Below are positions 55,942-64,000 of a stretch of 64,000 nucleotides of DNA, piece by piece. The position numbers and the translations under genes were made by a program. How positions within the stretch are numbered: the first letter of the stretch is position 1; every line of letters starts with the position of its first letter. The notes under the pieces are model-generated. The model saw nothing but the letters and a program-made list of their open reading frames with translations. It did not search any database and was not told the DNA's origin. The DNA is taken from positions 12,030,001 to 12,094,000 of the forward strand of contig CM075991.1 of NCBI GenBank assembly GCA_038087875.1, in the 5' to 3' direction. Origin of the DNA: Malacoraja senta (lineage: Eukaryota).

Positions 55942-56220
55942 ATTAGACCATTCGGCCCATCAAGTCTACTCCACCATTCAATCATGGCTGATCTATCTCT
56001 CCCTCCTAATCCCATTCTCCTGCCATCTCCCCATAACCTCTGACACCTGTACTAATCTGATTTAGAGTTAGATTTAGCTCTTAGGCTAAAGGAATCAAGG
56101 GATATGGGGGAAAACAGAATGGGGTAGTAATTTTAGATGATCAGCCATGATTTATATTGAATGGTGGTGCTGACCTAGAATACTGGCAAGAGTCAATACT
56201 ACGGGGTGTGTAGGAAGGAA

Positions 56221-56420
56221 NNNNNNNNNNNNNNNNNNNNNNNNNNNNNNNNNNNNNNNNNNNNNNNNNNNNNNNNNNNNNNNNNNNNNNNNNNNNNNNN
56301 NNNNNNNNNNNNNNNNNNNNNNNNNNNNNNNNNNNNNNNNNNNNNNNNNNNNNNNNNNNNNNNNNNNNNNNNNNNNNNNNNNNNNNNNNNNNNNNNNNNN
56401 NNNNNNNNNNNNNNNNNNNN
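56221..56420. other. Assembly gap (200 N)
   Basis: Run of n in the sequence. Confidence 1.
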
Positions 56421-57510
56421 ATTCATTTGTTCTATATCTTAGTTTAGTTTTGTTTGTTGTCACGTGTACTGAGGTACAGCAAAAAGCTATTTGTTGCATT
56501 CCCCTACTCTGGGTAAACGACTGTGCATCTATTCCTATCATGATCCTGGGTGCCTGATCCAGCAGCTCCAGAACAATCTCGGCTCAATCAGTGGTCTACT
56601 TTAACTACACCCAGCCTGAGTGAGTGACTCATTCATACCTTGGGGCAAACTGTTTTGTACATGAATTAAAAGTAGAAACAACTTGATTGGATGGTCTTAT
56701 CCAGTCTGAGACTTCAGCGATAAGCTGCCATTGGTGAATAAGGACATTATTATTGAATAAACCAGTTTTCTTTGAAGGTTCAAAGGTATTTTATTGTCAC
56801 ATGTACTAATTAAGGTAAAGTAAAACTCAATTTACCACACAGTCATACTAGAAAAAGCACCAAGACACACAACTACACAAAACAATTACATAACTACTTT
56901 AGAATGTAAATTCAACTTGTTGAAGTGGAAAGATGCCTTGAAGGTGTGGCAGCTTAGACAAAGAAGAATGAACTGCAACAAAATAGATAGAGCTATTAAA
57001 GAGAGCTGAGTCAAGGGTTATGGGGAGAAGGCAGGAACGGGGCACTGATTGTGGGTGATCAGCCATGATCACAGTGAATGGCGGTGCTGACTCGAAGGGC
57101 CGAATGGCCTACTCCTGCATCTATTGTCTATTGTCTATTGTAAAACACTGGAGAAGGTGTTTATGTGCGTGTGTTTAATATTTGGACTCCTTTTCAATAC
57201 TAAGGACAGGTTAATTGAATGATCAAAACTGAATATTCCATCATAATTGAATGATCAAAACTGAATATTTCTCATAAATCTGCAATATATTTTTTTCTTT
57301 AGAAATAAACATTATAACGTGTTCCAGCCTATTAATTACTTTCTGGTCTCCTTTCTTATGTAAAAGAGGCCTGCAATGTGCATTCTGAAAATAACAATGA
57401 GATAACAGATGTTTAAGAAAGAACTACAGATGCTGGAAAAATCGAAGGTAGACAAAAAAGTTGGAGAAACTCAGCGGGTGAGGCAGCATCTAAGGAGCGA
57501 AGGAATAGGC

Positions 57511-57538
57511 GACGTTTCGGGTCGAGACCCTTCTTCAG
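57511..57538 (-). ncRNA. Minimal hammerhead ribozyme core in a Penelope-like repeat
   Basis: Core identical to 44571-44598. Confidence 0.65.
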
Positions 57539-58645
57539 ACAGATAATCTTTTTTAATTACCTAAAATCAGTAAACTTGTTTGAAACCAGCTTCTCTGTTA
57601 GTTTCTTTACTTTTTGGTTATAAAAATAGAAATGGAAAACAATGATTAAAGTTTGTTGTAACCACAACTTTAATATGAGGCCTTTAACCAAAGGAGAGCA
57701 ATGAAGCAACATTTGATGTAGAGCTACAGAGGATATTAGAAAGGATGACCAAAATGTTGATCCAAGAGATAGCTTTAAGAAACATCTTAAAAGAGTCTAA
57801 GGAAATTGGGTATTTGAAGATCATAGCCTAATACCTAAGAATATAGTAAGAATATAAAAACATAAGAATTAGGAATATGATGAGGTCATCCTGCCCTTTG
57901 ACCAAATTGTGAAGCCAATGGAAAGAATATAGATGGATGGGGAGGGAGAGGGGTGAATGGATGCAAGTCCAGGTGGGGCACAAGGAAGAGGAGGGTGGGT
58001 GGGGAAAGAAGGGTTGTTTGTCGGTAGTTACCATTATAAGCATCCCTAAAGGTTTATTAAACCATTATAAGCATCCTTATATTTAAAATAAATTTATTAC
58101 CCACAGCAAATAATAATCTCTAACTAACCAGCCATTCAGAAAATAACTCTTCCACCATGTTCAAAGCTCTTCAACCCAGTTGGTTCTTCTGACCCACAGA
58201 GTGCCAGCTATTGTTTTCTCACTAATTCCATTTAAAAGTACCTGCACAAGCAACTTTATTACAGTCACATCCTGAATACTATTGGATAGGTAACATTTAA
58301 CTGTAGAAATCAAGTACTAGTTAGAAGCAAAACTGTGTTCCATGTAGTTATTAAACATAATTAAAGAGAGCATGTGCATCAGCACTAGAATTAATTTAAG
58401 TGGTTTTAATTTGACCCATTTCCTTGAACATCGTCTGCTTTGATCTGTCCTTTTCACATCTTACCCTTCAATATTTCTAGTCTCCCTCTCCCCTGACTCT
58501 CAGTCTGGACGAGTGGGCGGGACATGGGTAGAATGATGGACGCTGGAGAGGACCAATCATCGGGCAGGGTTTCCGGAGCGGGCGGGACTTGTGTCGTGGG
58601 CGGGTCTCGACCAGAAACGTCACCTATTCCTTCTCTCCACAGATG

Positions 58646-58740
58646 CCAGTATCTTTGATGCTGCCCAGTATCTTTGATGCTGCCCAGTATCTTTGATGCT
58701 GCCCAGTATCTTTGATGCTGCCCAGTATCTTTGATGCTGC
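58646..58740 (+). repeat. 19-bp minisatellite (5 units) inside a Penelope-like short repeat
   Basis: Unit cagtatctttgatgctgcc repeated. Confidence 0.85.
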
Positions 58741-58790
58741 CTCACCCGCTGAGCATCTCCAGCATTGTTTGTCTCCCTGGGATTTGGGTG

Positions 58791-59165
58791 GTGATGGACG
58801 GCGCAACCGACTAATCGGCATGCAGTATATCAGGGGCGGGACATAGGCAAGATGATGGACGGCGCAACGGACTAATCGGCATGCAGTATCTCAGGGGCGG
58901 GACATAGGCAGGATGATGGACGGCGCAACCGACTAATCGGCATGCAGTATATCAGGGGCGGGAAATAGGCAGGATGATGGACGGCGCAACCGACTAATCG
59001 GCATGCAGTATTCCAGGGGCGGGACATAGGCTGGATGATGGACGGCACAACTGACCAATCGACATGCAGTATCTCCAGGGCGGGACATGAGTGGGCTGAT
59101 GGACGGCGCAACCGGCCAATCCTCGCGCAGGATTGCCGGGGCGGGCCAGCCAGCGGCCAATCAGA
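58791..59165 (+). repeat. 61-bp tandem repeat (about 6 units) in the LMAN2L promoter
   Basis: Unit gatgatggacggcgcaaccgactaatcggcatgcagtatatcaggggcgggacataggcag, starting near 58791, 58851, 58912, 58973, 59034 and 59095. Confidence 0.9.
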
Positions 59166-59222
59166 TGCGGCGGGATGAAGGGTTGTCCCGCCCTCTTTCG
59201 GCCGCCCCTTCATTGAAACAAG

Positions 59223-59355
59223 ATGGCGCCGTCATGGGGACCCTGTCCTGTGGTGATGGCTTTACTGTGGCTGGCTTTCTGCAGTTGGGGCCACACTGAC
59301 TCGGGGACGGAGGAGTACTTGAAGCGGGCGCACAGCCTGACGAAGCCCTACCAGG
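59223..59355 (+). CDS. LMAN2L: LMAN2L (VIP36-like lectin) exon 1
   Basis: MAPSWGPCPVVMALLWLAFCSWGHTDSGTEEYLKRAHSLTKPYQG|gtaaga: a signal peptide plus the EYLKRxHSLxKPYQG motif of LMAN2/LMAN2L. Divergent orientation next to CNNM4-CNNM3 matches human 2q11 synteny. Confidence 0.88.
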
Positions 59356-59472
59356 GTAAGAGCTCCTTTCTGTGCACTTTACTATCAGCAAATCCAATAA
59401 ATTGCACGCCAATTCCCAGTTGGCGTGTTGGCTCTGGAGCAATCACACCAGTCAACAGGTTCGCTTGCCTAT

Positions 59473-59878
59473 TGTCGTGGTTTTAAGACTCAAAGTTTGG
59501 ATAAGATGACACAGACACGGAGAATTCTTCAAGAAGATGAAAGCCTTTATTTGCAAATATTCAGCTGGAACATTCAGAGACGACACCACTAATTGCTCTC
59601 TGATCCACAGCTTTTTATTACACTCTTTCAGCCTTATCTCTGCTTCATTGTCTTGCATGCTGTACTCCTTTCGCATCAATCTATCTTCAATTCTAATATT
59701 CTCTGTCTTGCCACCATTATGTTTCCGACCTTGGTTCAATCTTATTAAACTTTACATTTCCTCTTATATCTCGCCCTTCACTCGCCACCCTTAAAATTAA
59801 CTTCTAACGTCCTGTCCTGCCACCATTATGTTTCAGCTAAAGCCAATTTAAAGCCAAGGTTACACATACCATATTACA
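59473..59878 (-). mobile_element. Possible solo LTR in LMAN2L intron 1
   Basis: TG...CA ends, near-matching 4-bp flanks (ctat/ctgt), TATA-like taataaaaagctg and a downstream AATAAA on the minus strand. Confidence 0.4.
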
Positions 59879-60048
59879 CTGTTACATATTGGTTTATATG
59901 TTTACACACAAAGATACAAAATGTATTTATTAAGAATACAAAGGTGCAAAAGTAAAAATAAGAAGTAACTTGTTTAATGCCTTTATTACTAGATAAATGA
60001 TTTAATTAAGTGCTGCTAACTAACTAACAAGCACGTGAGTCTAAGGAT

Positions 60049-62911
60049 AATAATAATAATAGATTTTATTTATATAGCGCTTTTCAGGACTCAAAGTCGC
60101 TTTACATTGAGTCAAGAATAAGCAAAACAAAATAGAGCAGTAAGACAGAGATGCAAAGGGGAGGGGAGCATGGGACTAAGGGTATGCAGAGGTGAAGAGA
60201 TGGGTCTTGAGGCGGGACTGGAAGATGGTGAGGGACTCAGAATTTCGGACCAGTTGTGGGAGGGAATTCCAGAGCCTGGGAGCTGCCCTGGAGAAGGCTC
60301 TGCCTCCAAAAGTGCAGAGGTTTGATTTTGGAGTGGAGAGGAGACCAGCTGATGTGGATCTGAGGGACCGTGAGGGTTGGTAGGGGGAGAGGAGGTCAGT
60401 GAGATAAGGGGGGGCCAAGTGGTTGACGGCTTTGTAGGTGAGGACCAGGATTTTGTAGGTGATCCGGTGGGAAATGGGAAGCCAGTGAAGTTCTTTGAGA
60501 ACTGAGGTGATGTGATGCCAGGATTTGGTGTGGGTAATGAGTCGAGCGGCTGCATTCTGGACCAGTTGGAGTCGGTTGATGCTGCTGGAATTGATTCCAA
60601 AGAGAAGAGAGTTACAGTAGTCCAGTCGGGAGGAGATGAAGGCATGGATGAGTCTTTCAGCAGCGGGGTGTGTGAGAGAGGATCTGATTTTGGCAATGTT
60701 GCGGAGGTGAAAAAATGATGTTTTGACAACATGGCGGATGTGAGGCTCAAGGGAGAGGGTTCAGTCAAAGATCACGCCAAGGTTGCGTGCCTGAGGAGAT
60801 GGGGAGACAGTGGTGCCGTCAATAGTGAGAGTGGGGTTGTTAATTTTAGTGAGTGTTGATTTGGAGCCAATGAGGAGAAATTCTGTTTTGCTACTGTTTA
60901 ATTTAAGGAAGTTGAGTTGCATCCAAGATTTGATGGCTGATAGGCAGGAGTTGATATGGGAGAGAGGGGAGTGGTGGGGGGGACTTGGTGCTGAGATAGA
61001 TCTGGGTGTCATCAGCATAGCAGTGGAAGTCCAGGTTGAAGTGACGGAGTATATGACCAAGGGGGAGGATGTAGATGATGAAGAGGAGGGGACCAAGAAT
61101 GGAGCCTTGGGGAACGCCTTGAGTGACAGTGGCTGTGGCAGAGGTGTGGTTATGGAGAGAGTTGAAGTGGGATCGGTTGGAAAGGTAGGAACGGAGCCAG
61201 CTGAGTGCAGAACCTTCAATGCCAAGGTCCCTAAGTCTGGTGAGCAGGATGTTATGGTTCACGGTATCGAAGGCTGCACTCAGGTCGAGGAGGATGAGGA
61301 TATTGAGGGAGCCAGTGTCAGCAGAGGTAAGGAGGTCATTGAGGACTTTGAGGAGAGCAGTTTCTGTGCTATGGAGGGGGCGAAAGCCAGATTGGAGGGG
61401 TTCGAATAGGTTATACACGAGGAGGTGGGAATGAAGTTGTGACGCGACGATACGCTCCAGGGTTTTTGAAAGAAAGGGGAGGTTTGAGATAGGGCGGTAG
61501 TTAATGAGAGAGGAGAGATCAAGACCAGGTTTCTTTAAGATTGGTGTGACAGCAGCAGTTTTGAAAGCAGAGGGGACATTCCTTGGGACAATGAGGAGTT
61601 GAAAAGATTAGTGAGGTAGGGGCAGAGAGCAGGGAGGCAGGACTTCAGCATGGGGAGTGGGGAGAGGGTCAAGGGAGCAGGTAGTGGGTTTGGAAGAGCT
61701 GATGAGTTTGGAGATTTCAGTAGGGGTGACCGGTCAAACTGCGAGAGGAAGCAGTGAGGGGGAGGGGTATGGAGATCAGCGGAGATGTTGAAAGGGGGGG
61801 CCTTGGTAGGTGGTGGATTAGATGCTGGGGAGTCGGGTACGGGGGATAGGGATTGATAGATGGTGCTGATTTTGTCAACAAAAAAGTGGAGGAATGAGTT
61901 GCAGAGATCCAGAGTGGAGGTAGGGAGAGTGTTGGCTCGAGGCTTGAGGAGGTTGCACACTGTGGAGAAGAGGGTTCTGTGGTTTAGGCAGGGGTCAGTG
62001 AATATGGAGGAGAGGTATGCAGATTTAGCAGCAATGAGGGCATCTTTATAGGCAGTGAGGTGGAGTTTGTAAGCTTCATGGTGGACTGTGAGAGGTGATT
62101 TCTTTATGAGTCGTTCAAGTCGGCGACCAATCTGTTTCAGCTTACGAAGTGCAGGTGTGTACCAGGGTGAAGATTTATTAAAAGTTACGGTTCTTGTTTT
62201 GAGGGGAGCAAGAGTGTTAAGGGAGGTAGACAAGGTGGAATTGAGATGGTTTGTGAGATCATCAGGTGAGATGTGGGTTGAGTCCAGGGGGAGAGTGGTG
62301 GAGAGCAGGTCAGAGAGATGGTGAGGGTCGATGGATTTTAGATTACGGAAGGTGATTTCTCGGAGGAGGCGGGGGCGAGGTGTCGGAGAAGGGATGGTGA
62401 ACCGTATGAGCTTATGATCAGAGAGGGGGAAGAGGCATGGATGGAGGTCGAGTACCGGTTGATTTGTGGAGCAGACCAGGTCAAGGATGTGACCTTTGTC
62501 ATGAGTGGGAAAAGTGACGTGCTGAGTGAGACAGAAGTTGTCAAGTAGAAAAGCGAATTCAGATGCGAATTTGCAGGTGGGGGAGTCCATATGAATGTTT
62601 AAGTCACCAAGTAGCAGCAGACGTGGGGAGAGAGATGAGACAAGTGTGAGGAATTCAGTGAAGTCAGATAGGAAGGAGGGGTTTGGTTTAGGTGGCCGGT
62701 AAATGAGGATGACTGTCATGGAGGAAAGGGCTTTGAAGGCAAGGAATTCAAATGATGCTACTGGGGGGAGGGGGAGTTCAGCGATCGGAAAGTTCTGGTT
62801 GAAAAAAACAGCGAGGCCGCCTCCATGGCGGGACGGGCGGGGTTTGGAAATATAATTAAACCCAGATGGGGATGCTTGGTTGAGGGAGAAGAAGACATTG
62901 TCTTTAAGGAT
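60049..62911 (-). mobile_element. L2-clade LINE with endonuclease and RT, 5'-truncated and frameshifted
   Basis: APE motifs (HGGGLA, IYRPP, LGDLNIH, THDKGHILDL, SDH) and RT motifs (QSGFR..HSTETAL, LDLSAAFDTV, GVPQGSILGP, YADD). Tail tgtaaagcgactttgagtcctgaaaagcgctatataaat + (ATT)n. Candidate TSD taaggat at 60042-60048 and 62912-62918. Confidence 0.92.
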
Positions 62912-63439
62912 TAAGGATGTCTGATTACTAACAAGCATGTGAGTCTAAGGATGTCTGATTACATAATATAGCTGACAACATCTGCTGGCTATGATAAATG
63001 TTTTAATTAAGTGTTCTACGACTTCCATACTATTGCATGGAAACTTGGACAGGTCACACCGCGATGGATTGTATGCATGTGTTTCTGATGTACAAAAACA
63101 CTGGAGCATTTGGAGTACTGTGTACAGTTCTAGTCACATATCATTAAGAATGTGCATGATTTGGAGAGGGTGCAGAACACGTTTTACCAAGAAACCAGCA
63201 TCTGCAGTTCCTTATCTCCCTTTTACCACGATGTTGCTGGGATTGGTGCATATTAAGAGTTATACAGTATGAGAAAAAGACCATTCGGTCCAACTTCTCG
63301 ATGCCATCTGTGAGGTGTCCCATCTAAGCTAGTGTGCCTCTACCCACATTTGGTCCATATCCCGCTAAACCCTAGACACAAAAGGAACTGCGGATGCTGG
63401 TTTACAACAAAAGATACAGAGTGCTGGTGCAAACCACCG

Positions 63440-63760
63440 TCTCCCTAGACACTTTCTCCTGCAACCACAAGAGATGTAACACCTGTCCCTATACCACCTC
63501 TCTTGTATCCATCCAGGGCCCTCGACAGCCTTTCAAGGTGAGACACAGGTTCACATGAACTTTAATCTTATCTACTGCATTTGGTGTTCCTGATGTGGCC
63601 TCCTGTACATTGGTAAGACCAACTGTCAACTAGCTTTTATCAAACAGTCTGCCAAGGCCCAGGTTGCTAACCATATTAACTCTCCTTCCTATACCCAAAC
63701 AGACTTGGGCTGTCAGAGTGAGGCCCCCTTACAAACTTAAGGAACAGTACCACACTCTCA
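63440..63760 (+). mobile_element. Penelope-like element relic (Cys-rich linker plus GIY-YIG endonuclease)
   Basis: Hand translation TFSCNHKRCNTCPYTT...FKVRHRFT*...IYCIWCS*CGLLYIGKT: GIY/YIG-like motifs preceded by a CxxxxCxxC linker, typical of Neptune-type Penelope elements. Confidence 0.75.
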
Positions 63761-64000
63761 CTTTTTGTCTTTTCATCTAACATGAGCCAGATAGCGTGTC
63801 GAGACTTGTGTCCCAAATAAATACTCCCATGATACTGCCACCATTGTTTCCAGCGGGTGTCATCACCAAATCTTGCCCTGGAGGAAAATTCAGGTTTTAC
63901 CTAATTCCCAAACATCATACAGATGCGTGATATGCACAGAGATCCCCACCTCCAGTTTCAGACGTTAATCTTGGAAAATAGTGGCAAAATTTGTTTCTTC

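Noticed and set aside
58791..59165. CRISPR-like array
   Set aside because: Units repeat along their whole length with no unique spacers; the context is vertebrate and there are no cas genes.

Overview
Eukaryotic vertebrate DNA, very probably from a cartilaginous fish such as a skate or ray (inferred from HE1/V-SINE-like SINEs, CR1/HER1-like LINEs and Penelope-like repeats). It holds the conserved LMAN2L / CNNM4 / CNNM3 block. A complete 8-exon CNNM3-like gene lies on the minus strand (13633 to 1651, 739 aa). A 7-exon CNNM4-like gene lies on the minus strand (54641 to 21738) and carries six single-base indels in exons 1-2, probably assembly errors. Exon 1 of LMAN2L lies on the plus strand (59223-59355), divergent from CNNM4 across a 200-N gap. 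Introns and intergenic DNA are dense with transposons: SINEs, CR1, L2, Rex1-like LINEs, a Tc1 with a nested L2, a hAT-like element with a 5-bp TSD, a Harbinger-like MITE and a Penelope GIY-YIG relic. The most notable signal is a high-copy short repeat family carrying a minimal hammerhead-ribozyme core (CTGAAGA-A-stem II-GAAAC-GTH). It often occurs as inverted hairpin units with 12-16 bp target-site duplications and resembles a Penelope-derived, retrozyme-like non-autonomous element. All calls come from reading the sequence by eye; no database searches were run, and most repeat boundaries are approximate.
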